Below, in pieces: positions 47,301-56,814 of a DNA stretch of 64,000 nt. Position 1 is the first letter of the stretch; each line of letters starts with the position of its first letter. This DNA comes from a virus (taxonomy: Duplodnaviria; Heunggongvirae; Uroviricota; Caudoviricetes): positions 1 through 64,000 of IMG/VR virus record IMGVR_UViG_3300032038_000014. One strand, 5' to 3'. The translations under genes were made by a program, and so were the position numbers. The notes below the pieces were generated by a model. That model had not been told where the DNA came from. It did not search any database and saw only the letters and a program-made list of their open reading frames with translations.

Positions 47301-48303
47301 CAAACAAGCGATGATATCTCTTATTAAAGGCGGAGCTTTTGATAATATGATGGATCGAAAAGAATGTATGGCTTGGTATATCTGGGAAACTTGTGATAAA
47401 AAGAAAAGATTGACTTTGCAGAATATGCCAGGATTAATGCGGCATGAACTTCTTCCAGAAGAAACAGAAGAACAAATAACTGCGAGAAGAATTTATGAAT
47501 TTAATCGTTATCTAAAAGCGTGTTGTAAAAGCACTATTGATAAAGATAATTATTATCTTGATGATAGAGCAGTAGCATTCATGGATGAAATGGATTATTT
47601 AGGTATGTTAATTGTTATGGGAACTAATTACATCTTAAATGTCAAAGAGTGGGATAAACAAATTTATCAGCCATGGATGGATGTATTTAGAAATTGGATT
47701 GCAGAGAATAAAGAACAGATTCTTGATGAATTAAATTATCGAATTTTTAAAGATGATTGGGATAAATATGCTCAAGGAAGTTTATCTGCATGGGAAATGG
47801 AATCATTGTGTTTCTATTATCATGAACATGAATTAGCAGGTATAAATAATGGAATTTATGGATTTAAGAATTTCTTTGATCTACCAGAGATTCCAGTAGT
47901 AGAAAAGTCATTCCCGCGTGGTGGAGTAATGATAAACATGTTCAAATTATCAAAGATATGCGGAACATGTATCGCAAAGAATAAAATAAAAAGTACTGTT
48001 AGTTTATTAACAACCAATGGAGTTGTTGAAGTAAAGTTCCGTAAAGAGTACTTCTCCTTGTTTGATAAACAAATATCTGAAAGACAAGCAGATGGAACAA
48101 AGAAGATTAAAGAGAAATCTTGGTTTAATCGAGGAAGTATGATTATTGTTACAGGAATGCGTTCAGGAGATGAATTCATCTCAAAGAAATATGCATCTAC
48201 TGGCGGACATCAATTGTATAAGATTGATGGAATTAATGATGATGGAACTTTAGTAATTAGAAGCGAAAGATATAAAGGCATAGCCGAGGACGAATATGTA
48301 TAA
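44383..48303 (+). CDS. dnaE: DNA polymerase III alpha-type replicative polymerase (DnaE/PolC family, N-terminal PHP domain)
   Basis: PHP motif CHNHTEYSNIRLIDCI...ITDHEA, 1306 aa, central palm/fingers; C-terminal OB-like region. Confidence 0.85.
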   Translation: MQKYFNCHNHTEYSNIRLIDCINRPKDLINKAIELGLSGIAITDHEALCSHVEVNKIAAKLRETNPDFTIALGNEIYLTDTREKGQRYWHFILIAKDAIGHKALRELSSTAWFNMYADRGQQRVPTLKSELVEIVNKYPGHLIATSACIGGELSANAFLKSQALEVNDQVNANRFEQNIDNFMKFCTDLFGDDFYIECAPSSSDDQVSVNKELLKIAKKWSVKMTVGTDSHYLTAADRPVHKAYLNSKDGEREVDAFYSFTYLMDSQEVDKLLRFSFDFDTINWILATSLEIQQKIEFYSLFHKQDIPYVEVKDYPKGGGWMLEHLDSYEDKYDHLKNMLVDDDVQNRYWINECLNKLNDIDKFNEEYLNELEEEARVKSVISEKLETNMFRYPNTLQHYIDLIWDCGSMVGAGRGSSCAALNHYLMGITQLDPIEWNLPFFRYLNDERVELGDIDIDICPSKRPMILQKIREERALMFKEEIAGWAKEHLGCTLISTFGTEGTKSAVLTACRGYRSEDYPDGIEIDEAQFMSSLIPQERGFLWSIKDVVYGDKDKGRRPVQAFIREVEKYPGLLDIIVAIEGLVNKRSSHASGVILFDGDPFEHSAFMKTPHGEIITQFNLHDAEFMGLTKYDFLVTEVQDKLVQAIKLMQADNVLEPNLSLRAIYDKYFHPNVIPLEDPKIWEALGNVSVLNTFQFDSQVGAQAAKKIRPHNVLEMADANGLMRLMGEEGQERPLDKYVRFKRNIGLWYKEMTNFGLTKEEQKYLEPYFKSSYGVPPSQEQLMRMLMDEHICNFSLGEANAARKIVGKKQMSKIPELKKQVLERASSAKLGEYVWRFGAGPQMGYSFSVIHALAYSFIGVQTLYIATNWNPIYWNTACLIVNSGATDPENGGATDYSKIAKAMGDIIGAGIKISLVDINKSGYGFEPDAENNQILYGMKAMLNVGDDIIDSTINNRPYVSPKDFLNKVKPNKQAMISLIKGGAFDNMMDRKECMAWYIWETCDKKKRLTLQNMPGLMRHELLPEETEEQITARRIYEFNRYLKACCKSTIDKDNYYLDDRAVAFMDEMDYLGMLIVMGTNYILNVKEWDKQIYQPWMDVFRNWIAENKEQILDELNYRIFKDDWDKYAQGSLSAWEMESLCFYYHEHELAGINNGIYGFKNFFDLPEIPVVEKSFPRGGVMINMFKLSKICGTCIAKNKIKSTVSLLTTNGVVEVKFRKEYFSLFDKQISERQADGTKKIKEKSWFNRGSMIIVTGMRSGDEFISKKYASTGGHQLYKIDGINDDGTLVIRSERYKGIAEDEYV

Positions 48304-48844
48304 AATCATAGTATTAATAGGCGAAGCTGGAAGCGGTAAAGATACACTTATGCAAGGGGTTCTACAACAGAACCCCGACTTGCATGAGATTGTAAGCTGT
48401 ACCACAAGACCTCCAAGAGAAGGTGAGTTAGATGGAATTAATTATCACTTTATGACGGGAGAAGAATTTGGGGACAAAGTCTTAAATGGTGAAATGATAG
48501 AAGTAGCTTGTTTTAATAATTGGTTTTATGGAACAGGTTATGAGAGTCTAAGATCAGATTGTGTAAACATCGGAGTATTTAATCCAGAAGGGGTTGAATC
48601 ACTACTTGTTGCAAAAGATGTAGAAATTAAAGTCTTTTATGTGCGGGCAGCCGATAAAGAGCGTCTATTACGCCAGCTTAACAGAGAGGAAAATCCTGAT
48701 TGTTTAGAAATTATTAGGCGTTTTAGAACAGATCTTTTTGATTTTGAAGATTTAAACTTTGATTATACCGAATTAAAAAATGATACCATGGAAGATTTTG
48801 AGCGCAATGTACAGATCATAGGAGCCAGCGCCGCAGTCTTTTAA
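48296..48844 (+). CDS. gmk: Guanylate kinase-like nucleoside monophosphate kinase
   Basis: P-loop LIGEAGSGKDTL and the GMP-binding signature SCTTRPPREGELDGINYHF (cf. SxTTRxxRxGExDGxDYxF). Confidence 0.7.
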   Translation: MYKIIVLIGEAGSGKDTLMQGVLQQNPDLHEIVSCTTRPPREGELDGINYHFMTGEEFGDKVLNGEMIEVACFNNWFYGTGYESLRSDCVNIGVFNPEGVESLLVAKDVEIKVFYVRAADKERLLRQLNREENPDCLEIIRRFRTDLFDFEDLNFDYTELKNDTMEDFERNVQIIGASAAVF

Positions 48845-48931
48845 GGGCAAAAAAGGACAAAAAATTAGAAATAAAATCCATATATAGTGATAGGCAGTTT
48901 CTGCCTTACTACATTTAGATGGAGGATTTAT

Positions 48932-51208
48932 ATGTTAATAGAAAAAAGAGATTGTCAATTCGTAGAATTTGATAAAAATAAAATAGAAAATGCTATTAAT
49001 AATGCATTTCTTGAAGTAGATAATATACTGTATGAAACAGATACAGCACATGATATTGCAGAAGAAATTGAAAAGATTGCTGCAACAAATGAAGAGTATA
49101 AAGGACACCCTATTACAGTAGAGCAGGTTCAAGATTTAGTAGAAGATTATCTTATGCGTTCCGAGCGAAAGGATGTAGCACGTGCTTACATTCGTTATCG
49201 TTTTAAGAGAGAGGCAGCTCGTAATGCAAAGACAGTTTTCATAGATGCTATTGCAGAGAAACTTGAGGCTCGTAATGTTCAGAACCAAAATGCAAATATA
49301 GATGAGCGTTCATTTGGAGGAAGAATTGGTGAGGCTTCTGGAGTAATGACAAAGCAATATGCTTTGGATAATATTGTTTCTAGAATGTCTAGAGAGAACC
49401 ATTTGAATAATAGAATCTATATTCATGACCTTGATTCATATGCTGTAGGTATGCATAACTGTTTATCTATTCCATATGATGATTTACTCGCAAAGGGTTT
49501 TAATACACGTCAGACAGATGTGCGTCCTGCTAATTCTGTAAATACTGCTATGCAACTTGTTGCAGTTATTGCACAATTGCAATCACTTCAACAGTTTGGT
49601 GGAGTATCTGCAACTCATCTTGACTGGACTATGGTTCCATATGTTCGCAAATCCTTTAAGAAGCATTTAAAAGATGGTGCAACTTATATAGCTCGTCCAG
49701 ATGCAGCGCTTGAGAATCTTCTCAATTCAGAAGAAGAAATTGGATTTGATTATCCAGGTCTTAAAGATAATTATCCAAAGATTTATCAATATGCAATAGA
49801 TATGACAGAAAGAGAAATTCATCAAGGAGTAGAAGGATTGTATCATAATCTTAATACTCTTCAGAGCCGCTCTGGAAATCAGTTACCTTTTACTTCCATT
49901 AATTATGGAACTTGTACTCTTCCAGAGGGTAGAATGGTAACTAAAGCTCTTCTTGAAGTATCTATTGAAGGATTAGGCAAATTACATAAAACATCAATAT
50001 TCCCTTGTGGAATTTTCCAAATGATGAAAGGAGTTAATCGTGAGCCGGGTGATCCTAATTATGATTTGTATCGTTTGGCTCTGCAATCTACTGCTAAACG
50101 CTTATATCCTAATTATGCTAACGTCGATTGGTCCGGTAATGCGGGATATGATCGCGAAGATCCGAGAACATATTTCAGCACAATGGGATGCAGAACGACG
50201 AACGGATTAGATATTAATGCCGAGGAAGGTACAAATCCACAAATTAAAGACGGTCGTGGAAATATTTGTCCAGTAACAATTATTATGCCAACTCTTGCTA
50301 TGGAAGCAAAGAAGCTGGTTAAAGATGAATTGGCTGGTTCAATGGTTCCTCAAAGCATTGGTTGGAGACAAGACCAAGAAGTTAAGAAGTTTATGAATTT
50401 ACTTGATGATGCAATTCATGATGCTAAAGATATGCTGATTGAAAGGTTTGAGTATATTTGTTCACAAGATGCGGCCAGCGCTAAATTTATGTATGAAAAT
50501 GGCACTATGCTTGGCTATCATCCAGAGGAAGGTATTCGTTCTGCACTTAAGCATGGAACCATTGTAATTGGCCAACTGGGATTAGCTGAAACACTTCAAA
50601 TTTTATTACATACAGACCATACAACTGAAGAAGGTATGAAGTTAGCAAAAAGAATAGAGCAGTTATTTAAAGATAGATGCGCTGAATTCAAGCAAACTTA
50701 TAAATTAAACTTTGGTGTATATTATACTCCTGCAGAAAACCTTTGCTATACAGCAATGAAAAAGTTTAAAGAAAAATATGGAGAAATTCCTGAAGTAAGC
50801 GATCGTGAATACTTCACTAATTCAATCCATGTTCCAGTTTGGAAAGAGATTTCACCTTTCGATAAAATTGATATTGAGAGTCAATTAACTGGTTATTCCA
50901 ATGCGGGATGTATTACTTATGTTGAATTGGAAGGAGCAGTGTTAAAAAACCTCGATGCTTTGGAACAAATTGTAAATTATGCGATGGATAAAGATATTCC
51001 TTATTTTGCAATTAATGTCCCAAATGATACTTGTCTTGAATGTGGTTGGACTGGAGAAATAGAGAATGAATGTCCAGAATGTGGTTCAACTAATATTCAA
51101 AGATTAAGACGTGTAACAGGTTATCTTACTGGTGACTATAAAACAGCATTTAATAAAGGTAAGATTGCCGAAACCGAAGAGAGGTTTAAACATAGTAAAA
51201 AGTTATGA
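48932..51208 (+). CDS. nrdD: Anaerobic (class III) ribonucleoside-triphosphate reductase
   Basis: N-terminal ATP-cone-like region, C-terminal Zn ribbon (CLECG...CPECG) and glycyl-radical motif RVTGYLTG. ATG 48932 follows a GGAGG RBS. Confidence 0.9.
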   Translation: MLIEKRDCQFVEFDKNKIENAINNAFLEVDNILYETDTAHDIAEEIEKIAATNEEYKGHPITVEQVQDLVEDYLMRSERKDVARAYIRYRFKREAARNAKTVFIDAIAEKLEARNVQNQNANIDERSFGGRIGEASGVMTKQYALDNIVSRMSRENHLNNRIYIHDLDSYAVGMHNCLSIPYDDLLAKGFNTRQTDVRPANSVNTAMQLVAVIAQLQSLQQFGGVSATHLDWTMVPYVRKSFKKHLKDGATYIARPDAALENLLNSEEEIGFDYPGLKDNYPKIYQYAIDMTEREIHQGVEGLYHNLNTLQSRSGNQLPFTSINYGTCTLPEGRMVTKALLEVSIEGLGKLHKTSIFPCGIFQMMKGVNREPGDPNYDLYRLALQSTAKRLYPNYANVDWSGNAGYDREDPRTYFSTMGCRTTNGLDINAEEGTNPQIKDGRGNICPVTIIMPTLAMEAKKLVKDELAGSMVPQSIGWRQDQEVKKFMNLLDDAIHDAKDMLIERFEYICSQDAASAKFMYENGTMLGYHPEEGIRSALKHGTIVIGQLGLAETLQILLHTDHTTEEGMKLAKRIEQLFKDRCAEFKQTYKLNFGVYYTPAENLCYTAMKKFKEKYGEIPEVSDREYFTNSIHVPVWKEISPFDKIDIESQLTGYSNAGCITYVELEGAVLKNLDALEQIVNYAMDKDIPYFAINVPNDTCLECGWTGEIENECPECGSTNIQRLRRVTGYLTGDYKTAFNKGKIAETEERFKHSKKL

Positions 51209-51708
51209 GCAGATATAACACTATATTAACAAATGATGTAGTGAACGGAGAAGGAGTTTGTGTCTCCTTCTTCGTTCAAGGTTGTCCTCATCATTGTCCT
51301 GGATGTTTCAATGAGGAAACTTGGGATTTTAAAGGAGGTCAACCTTATACCGAACATACTAAATGGGAAATTATAGAAGCCATTGGAGCAAACGGTATAC
51401 AGAGAAATTTTTCAGTCTTGGGCGGAGAACCTCTTGATGAACATAATCTGAAAATGACAGAAGAAGTAATTAGTGCGGTTCGAGCAGCATATCCAAATAT
51501 AAAGATCTTTTTATGGACTGGATATACGATTGAAGAATTATCATCTTCATTTGATAATAAGTTAGGAAAAATTTTAAATACAGTAGATGTTCTTATTGAT
51601 GGACCTTTTATCGAAGAACAAAAAGACTTGTCCTTAAAGTTAAGGGGGAGCAAAAATCAACGAATCTTTAGAAGAGATAGTGGAAGATTAGAGGAATCAG
51701 AAGAATAA
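51205..51708 (+). CDS. nrdG: Class III RNR activating enzyme (radical SAM)
   Basis: CPHHCPGC cluster, GGEP motif; coupled to nrdD. Confidence 0.85.
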   Translation: MSRYNTILTNDVVNGEGVCVSFFVQGCPHHCPGCFNEETWDFKGGQPYTEHTKWEIIEAIGANGIQRNFSVLGGEPLDEHNLKMTEEVISAVRAAYPNIKIFLWTGYTIEELSSSFDNKLGKILNTVDVLIDGPFIEEQKDLSLKLRGSKNQRIFRRDSGRLEESEE

Positions 51709-51962
51709 TGGGTATTAAAAAAAATGTAGTTATTTGTGATTGTTGCAAAGAAGAAATAGATGGAAAATGGCTTCCTGCAAAATTGCCAAAACTTTTTGGT
51801 GAATTTAAAAATAGATACTATAAAATTCCTGGCTATATGACATATTTAGGTACTGAAGGACCTAGAATGGATGATTTAATTATTTGTAGAGAATGCATGG
51901 ATCAAATTATACAAATAGTAAAAAATAAACAGGAAGTTAATTTTAATATAGAGATTGAATAA
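51708..51962 (+). CDS. Small zinc-ribbon protein (84 aa)
   Basis: CDCC ... CREC Cys pairs. Confidence 0.4.
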   Translation: MGIKKNVVICDCCKEEIDGKWLPAKLPKLFGEFKNRYYKIPGYMTYLGTEGPRMDDLIICRECMDQIIQIVKNKQEVNFNIEIE

Positions 51963-51964
51963 AA

Positions 51965-51993
51965 TTGATTTTATGTTAAAAATATAGTATAAT
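51965..51993 (+). promoter_or_regulatory. Sigma70-like promoter
   Basis: TTGATT at 51965-51970, 17 bp spacer, TAGTATAAT. Confidence 0.5.
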
Positions 51994-52024
51994 AATATAA
52001 AGAAGAGAAAAAGGAGTTTTCATA

Positions 52025-52543
52025 ATGAATGAAATAATTGAGGTCCCTAATAAAGCAGCTTTAGATGCTTTACAAAATCATTCTGATGGAGAAATTGCTT
52101 TCTGTGAAGAAGAAGGTATATATTTCTCTTATCATAATGAAGAATGGGTTCCAGTTCCAATAGAGCGAAATGCTAAAGGAGAATTTTCTCTAAATCTTTA
52201 TGCTTTGAATAAACAGATTGTGGCTCAGTTACCACCTTTTGATATTCAAAGACTTCAAGATGCAAAAGAAACTCTTGAGAACTGGCATAAGGATAATTGT
52301 CCTTATTTGTTGTATGGTAAAGAAATGAGTTACTTTACTCTCTTTATTCCAACAGATGATAAAGAAGAAGATAGTTTTGTAGATTGTGTATTTGATTGTC
52401 TTGCTTCAATTAGTAACACTATCTACAGTTTTGACGTTGCATCAGAAAATGCTATCGAAATCTGGATGGATAATGGAGACGGTGAAGCAACTGCTTTATA
52501 TCTTTTTGATTATTCAGAAGGAATGGTATATTATCATGGATAA
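52025..52543 (+). CDS. Hypothetical protein (172 aa)
   Basis: AAAAGGAG RBS. Confidence 0.45.
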   Translation: MNEIIEVPNKAALDALQNHSDGEIAFCEEEGIYFSYHNEEWVPVPIERNAKGEFSLNLYALNKQIVAQLPPFDIQRLQDAKETLENWHKDNCPYLLYGKEMSYFTLFIPTDDKEEDSFVDCVFDCLASISNTIYSFDVASENAIEIWMDNGDGEATALYLFDYSEGMVYYHG

Positions 52544-52802
52544 TCCAATACTTGTAGATATTAATATGTTTGCTATGAATCAGCGTATCTATATGCCAGA
52601 CGGTGAGCAAATTGTTGTAACAATGAAAGAGCTTCCAGAAGCAATAGTAAAAGCTTGTTATGCTTCTAATAACTTTTTTGTAGAAATAGTTAGAGGCAAT
52701 ACAATTCATACAAAAAGAATGTCAAAACTTGTAGCTGAAAAAGAAAATGCTAAATATAATAGCGCAAAGATAAAATTTAAGGAGTATGGAAAGAATGAAT
52801 GA
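52536..52802 (+). CDS. Hypothetical protein (88 aa)
   Basis: ATG overlapping the upstream stop; the longer ORF-track start is inside the previous gene. Confidence 0.35.
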   Translation: MDNPILVDINMFAMNQRIYMPDGEQIVVTMKELPEAIVKACYASNNFFVEIVRGNTIHTKRMSKLVAEKENAKYNSAKIKFKEYGKNE

Positions 52803-53049
52803 GTATCTGTTAAAAGTAACTAATGTATATAGAGTTCCAACAGTGGAGGATGCATTAGAATTGAGGGAAAGACTACAAGAAACAAAATGTGGAGAACTTC
52901 AATCATTTAGTTATACCACTAAGTATATTAAAGCTAAAGGTGAGATTATTGAAGAATATCAACTTGTAAAGGCTACTATTGCATTTACAGAGGAGAAAGA
53001 TCCTGACCTCCACGTAACGGCAAAATATGATGAAGGAGTACTGTTCTAA
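52786..53049 (+). CDS. Hypothetical protein (87 aa)
   Basis: AAGGAG RBS. Confidence 0.4.
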   Translation: MERMNEYLLKVTNVYRVPTVEDALELRERLQETKCGELQSFSYTTKYIKAKGEIIEEYQLVKATIAFTEEKDPDLHVTAKYDEGVLF

Positions 53050-53624
53050 TGGCAAAGTTTGAGTTTATTGAAAAATACAAAGACTGCGGGCTGGCCCTTC
53101 CGATCAGAAAAACTGCCCAAGCCGCAGGTTATGATTTTCAAGTTGCAGAAGATACTTTAATTCCTCCATATGATAATCTGTGGGAAGATATGTATATAGA
53201 TGGCGTTCAAAATGAAGTTGTTTGCATCGAACAAGAATTAGGTGGAGATTTACGTTGTCCACTTACTCTAGATGAAGTGAGCAATTTAACGAAGGCCGCA
53301 GATGCTCGTCCAACATTGGTTCCTACTGGAGTTAAATGTCAATTAGATCCAAATACATATCTTGAACTTTCAGTTCGTAGTTCATGTCCTCTTAAATATT
53401 GGCTTGTACTTGGGAATGGAGTTGGAGTAATTGATGCAGATTATTATAATAATCCAGATAATGAAGGGCATATATTCTTCCAGATTATTAATATGAGTCC
53501 ATTTCCAATTATTCTTAAGAAAGGTGATACGATCGGTCAAGGGATTATCAAGCCTTATCTTGTAACTGAAGATGATATGGCTTCTGGTGATCGACAAGGC
53601 GGATTTGGTTCTACTGGAAATTAA
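53049..53624 (+). CDS. dut: Trimeric dUTPase-superfamily protein (dUTP diphosphatase, or dCTP deaminase-like)
   Basis: Motifs AAGYDF, VPTG, SVRSS, GVIDADY, and the C-terminal RQGGFGSTG. Confidence 0.7.
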   Translation: MAKFEFIEKYKDCGLALPIRKTAQAAGYDFQVAEDTLIPPYDNLWEDMYIDGVQNEVVCIEQELGGDLRCPLTLDEVSNLTKAADARPTLVPTGVKCQLDPNTYLELSVRSSCPLKYWLVLGNGVGVIDADYYNNPDNEGHIFFQIINMSPFPIILKKGDTIGQGIIKPYLVTEDDMASGDRQGGFGSTGN

Positions 53625-54118
53625 TGAGATTATTAGCATTAGATCAAGCAAGTAGAACCTCTGGATGGGCAGTATTTGTAGATGGTGAATTAACAGAGCA
53701 TGGTACTTTTACGGTTACAAGTGATAATATAGGAGAGCGATTATTTAAAATTCGTGAAAAGGTTGCTCAATTAATTGCTGATTATGGAATTAATTATATA
53801 GCTTTTGAAGATATACAACTTCAGCAAGGAAAAATGAATAATGTACAAACTTTCAAAATTTTAGCAGAAGTATTTGGAGTTATTTATGAACTTGCTACAG
53901 AATTAGAAATTCCAAATGAAGCTGTTTTTTCCAACTCCTGGAAATCTACTTGTGGAATAAAAGGTCGGACTAGGCCAGATCAAAAGAAAAATGCTCAAGC
54001 ATTTGTAGCATCTACTTATGGAATTAAGGCTTCTCAAGATGAAAGTGATGCTATTTGTATTGGAACTCATACTTTATTACAATTAGATAAAAAACCTGAT
54101 TATGATTGGTCAGAGTGA
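53624..54118 (+). CDS. RuvC-like Holliday-junction resolvase
   Basis: N-terminal MRLLALDQASRTSGWAVF (catalytic Asp), FEDIQ (Glu), and C-terminal DESDAICIG. Confidence 0.65.
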   Translation: MRLLALDQASRTSGWAVFVDGELTEHGTFTVTSDNIGERLFKIREKVAQLIADYGINYIAFEDIQLQQGKMNNVQTFKILAEVFGVIYELATELEIPNEAVFSNSWKSTCGIKGRTRPDQKKNAQAFVASTYGIKASQDESDAICIGTHTLLQLDKKPDYDWSE

Positions 54119-54130
54119 ATTAGATAAATT

Positions 54131-54178
54131 AATCCTATTTTTAAATCTATATGGAGATAAAAATAGGATTTTTTATTT
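54131..54178 (+). terminator. Rho-independent terminator
   Basis: ATCCTATTTTT...AAAATAGGAT stems, then TTTTTTATTT. Confidence 0.55.
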
Positions 54179-54211
54179 CTTTATGGGAATTTGAAAAAGG
54201 AGGTAACTAAT

Positions 54212-54754
54212 ATGTGGGATTGGGTAATCACATATTGGGTACAGGTATTGTTCGGATTAATTGCAGCCGGTTTTGGTTGTTTAGCTAAAAAATTCTGGAC
54301 AATGTACCAAAATGAAAAAGTGCATGATGTTGAAGCTAATATGGCTGCATGTTATGAAAGAGTCAAAGGTGAAATTCAAGAAGTTGAAAGTATGGTTTTA
54401 AAACAAGAAGATTTATTTGAAAATAAAATTACTAAAGCATATAATAATGCTCGAGAACATGATAAAAATATTGAAGGTAATATTGATAGCATGTCTAAAT
54501 ATATCAATGTTTTAAAAGACGGAGTTCTTTCTATTCAAGGTGCTCACTTTAGACAACAATGTAAAGCTTTATTACAAGATGAAACTCGTTTTATTTCAAT
54601 TGATGAATTCGAACAATTAACTTTTGACCATAACATTTATAACCAATTAGGCGGAAACCACTTAGGAGATGCGCTCTTTGCTGCAGTAGAAGCCCGTTTT
54701 AAGGCTCAACAACTAAGTATGGGTGGTAAAGATAAAAAAGCTGGTGACTTATAA
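54212..54754 (+). CDS. Membrane protein (181 aa, one N-terminal TM helix)
   Basis: AAAAAGGAGG RBS; WDWVITYWVQVLFGLIAAGFGCLA helix. Confidence 0.45.
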   Translation: MWDWVITYWVQVLFGLIAAGFGCLAKKFWTMYQNEKVHDVEANMAACYERVKGEIQEVESMVLKQEDLFENKITKAYNNAREHDKNIEGNIDSMSKYINVLKDGVLSIQGAHFRQQCKALLQDETRFISIDEFEQLTFDHNIYNQLGGNHLGDALFAAVEARFKAQQLSMGGKDKKAGDL

Positions 54755-54775
54755 TAGTCACCAGCTTTTTTTTTG
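54738..54775. terminator. Bidirectional intrinsic terminator at the convergent junction
   Basis: AGCTGGTGACT tataat AGTCACCAGCT flanked by an A-run and a T-run. Confidence 0.65.
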
Positions 54776-55177
54776 TTATCCAAATAATTGTTGTTTATTG
54801 GCTTTTACTACAAATTCAATTTGTTGTTTAATATAAGCATCTAAATCTTCATAAACTAAAGATAAAATAGCTTGAGCTTCTTCTGTAAGAATTTCTTTAA
54901 TTGCGTTAAATGTCATTTCAAATGCTTTCTTTTGAGCTTCTTCAGTAAATGCATTTTGATCTTTAAGTGCATCTACATAAGTTTGATTAGTAGCCATGAC
55001 ACATGCTACAATCAAGTCATTAAGAATTGTTACATACTTTTGTACTAATTCATTATCAGTAGATTCTTTAATCTTTTCAGTTTGAGCATTTACTAACTTG
55101 ATAACATAAGTAGTTAAAATAGCAAGAAGTGGTACAAGCACTAAATTAAAAATTTGTTGTAATAATTCAATAGTCAT
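54776..55177 (-). CDS. Holin-like protein (phiLC3/LL-H holin family-like; N-terminal TM + coiled coil)
   Basis: N-terminal TM (LVLVPLLAILTTYVI) then ...NQTYVDALK...; architecture recalled as typical of the Lactococcus phiLC3 holin family. Confidence 0.45.
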   Translation of the reverse strand: MTIELLQQIFNLVLVPLLAILTTYVIKLVNAQTEKIKESTDNELVQKYVTILNDLIVACVMATNQTYVDALKDQNAFTEEAQKKAFEMTFNAIKEILTEEAQAILSLVYEDLDAYIKQQIEFVVKANKQQLFG

Positions 55178-55179
55178 AA

Positions 55180-55809
55180 TTATTTCCCCTCTATAATATT
55201 TTGAATTAATTCATAAAAAACTGCATATTTTCTTGGCACCCATTGTGGAGAAAGACAAAAATATATTTCATCAAATTCTATTTCATGTAATTGGTCAAAA
55301 TCTCTAATTTTTAAAAGGTTGAGTTTATAATCTCCACCATAAGTATCAAATTCTGGCATAGTTGAATTAGGTGCTTTAAGCCAAGTCATTGATGCAATTT
55401 TCTTTTTTAAATATAAATAACCTAACCAATCTGAACAATCATACTCATTATTATGAGTAATTTCTGTAAAATCAGTATCTCGATACCATAAATCATGGTG
55501 AAAATCTACATTATAAATATGATATTTACTTTGTTCATAATTAGATTGTTCTTTTAATATATCGACAATTTGCTCATGACTTTCTATAAAATAAATTGGT
55601 TTCTTTTTATTTGCTCCTATTAATCGTCCTATCTCTAATAATACTTTAGCATCATATGAAAGAATATTATAATTTTCTAATCCATATTCATCTTCTAATC
55701 TTTCCCAAATCTCAGCTGGATTATCATTACCTTCAACATCATCATTATATAAATTAATACAAGGATACATAATAATATCAAAATCTATACTTAAAATAGT
55801 CTTCTCCAT
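55180..55809 (-). CDS. Unknown-family protein, paralog B of 43693..44334
   Basis: SIDFDIIMYPCINLYNDDV, NVDFHHDLWY, CSDWLGYLY, SPQWVPRKY conserved with paralog A; 10 nt downstream of the rSAM gene. Confidence 0.5.
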   Translation of the reverse strand: MEKTILSIDFDIIMYPCINLYNDDVEGNDNPAEIWERLEDEYGLENYNILSYDAKVLLEIGRLIGANKKKPIYFIESHEQIVDILKEQSNYEQSKYHIYNVDFHHDLWYRDTDFTEITHNNEYDCSDWLGYLYLKKKIASMTWLKAPNSTMPEFDTYGGDYKLNLLKIRDFDQLHEIEFDEIYFCLSPQWVPRKYAVFYELIQNIIEGK

Positions 55810-55818
55810 TTTCCCTCC

Positions 55819-56727
55819 TTAAATATCTGCAAAATATAAACAACCACCTTGACATTGAAAAAAATCTCCTTGTTTACAAATAGTACATTTACCAGTATTG
55901 TTTGCAATAGTACGAGGATAAATTGATTTATATTGAAGATATCTTTCTACTTCTTCTATTCTATCAAATGATGATAAGTTAACCTGTTCTTTACAACCCC
56001 AACACATACGAGCATTCCAATCTGGATCAATAATAATATCTGGTTGACATATTTTAAGATCTTTTAATCCAGCCCCGCAAGCCTCATTTACAATTTCTCG
56101 TTCTTCTAAAGTAAAATAACAATAAGGAATATGATTACATACTAAATTAATTTTACATTTATTTTTGATAGAATCTTTACAAAATTGTAAAAAAATTGGT
56201 TTAATTTTAATATAATATTTTTCTTTATCAAATATATATTGATCTATCGGTAGCATAAGAGACAATTGTATTTCTTGAAGTCTATATTCTTTTACTATAT
56301 TCCAAAAAGAAGAATAGTCAGTAATATTATTTTGTAAATTGCATTTATAAGCTACTTTACGATTTACTCTTGGAAGTAAATCTAAAATTTCTTTTTGTTG
56401 TTGATTATCTACGCTACAATTAAGTACAATTAAATCATTATTAGAAATATAAGGAAGATATGGTTTTAAATTAATTCCATTAGTAAAAATAGTTGTATGT
56501 GTTCCAGTAGTATCATTATAATAATTGATTTGAGCTAAGAAATCTTCAAACTCTGGATGTTCAGTTGGCTCTCCTCCGGTAATACCTAAATTTACTTTAG
56601 AAGGAGATAAATATTCTAAAAGATTACAAAAATCTTCTAAATCCATATTCTGGTTTTTAGAAGTTTTTTGAGATATACAATAAGAACAATTAAGACTGCA
56701 TGAATCTGTAATTTGTATATTTACCAT
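55819..56727 (-). CDS. Radical SAM enzyme with C-terminal SPASM-like Cys-rich domain
   Basis: CxxxCxxC (CSLNCSYC), GGEP; the C-terminal half has 7+ Cys (CNHIPYC, CGAG...C, CWGC, CTIC...CQGGC). Confidence 0.7.
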   Translation of the reverse strand: MVNIQITDSCSLNCSYCISQKTSKNQNMDLEDFCNLLEYLSPSKVNLGITGGEPTEHPEFEDFLAQINYYNDTTGTHTTIFTNGINLKPYLPYISNNDLIVLNCSVDNQQQKEILDLLPRVNRKVAYKCNLQNNITDYSSFWNIVKEYRLQEIQLSLMLPIDQYIFDKEKYYIKIKPIFLQFCKDSIKNKCKINLVCNHIPYCYFTLEEREIVNEACGAGLKDLKICQPDIIIDPDWNARMCWGCKEQVNLSSFDRIEEVERYLQYKSIYPRTIANNTGKCTICKQGDFFQCQGGCLYFADI

Positions 56728-56814
56728 TTAATTTTAATCCTTTTTCTCCTTTTATTGTGAATATTATACCAAAAAAAATAAGGGAAGTCAAAATTATTGA
56801 CTTCCCTTAAAGTT

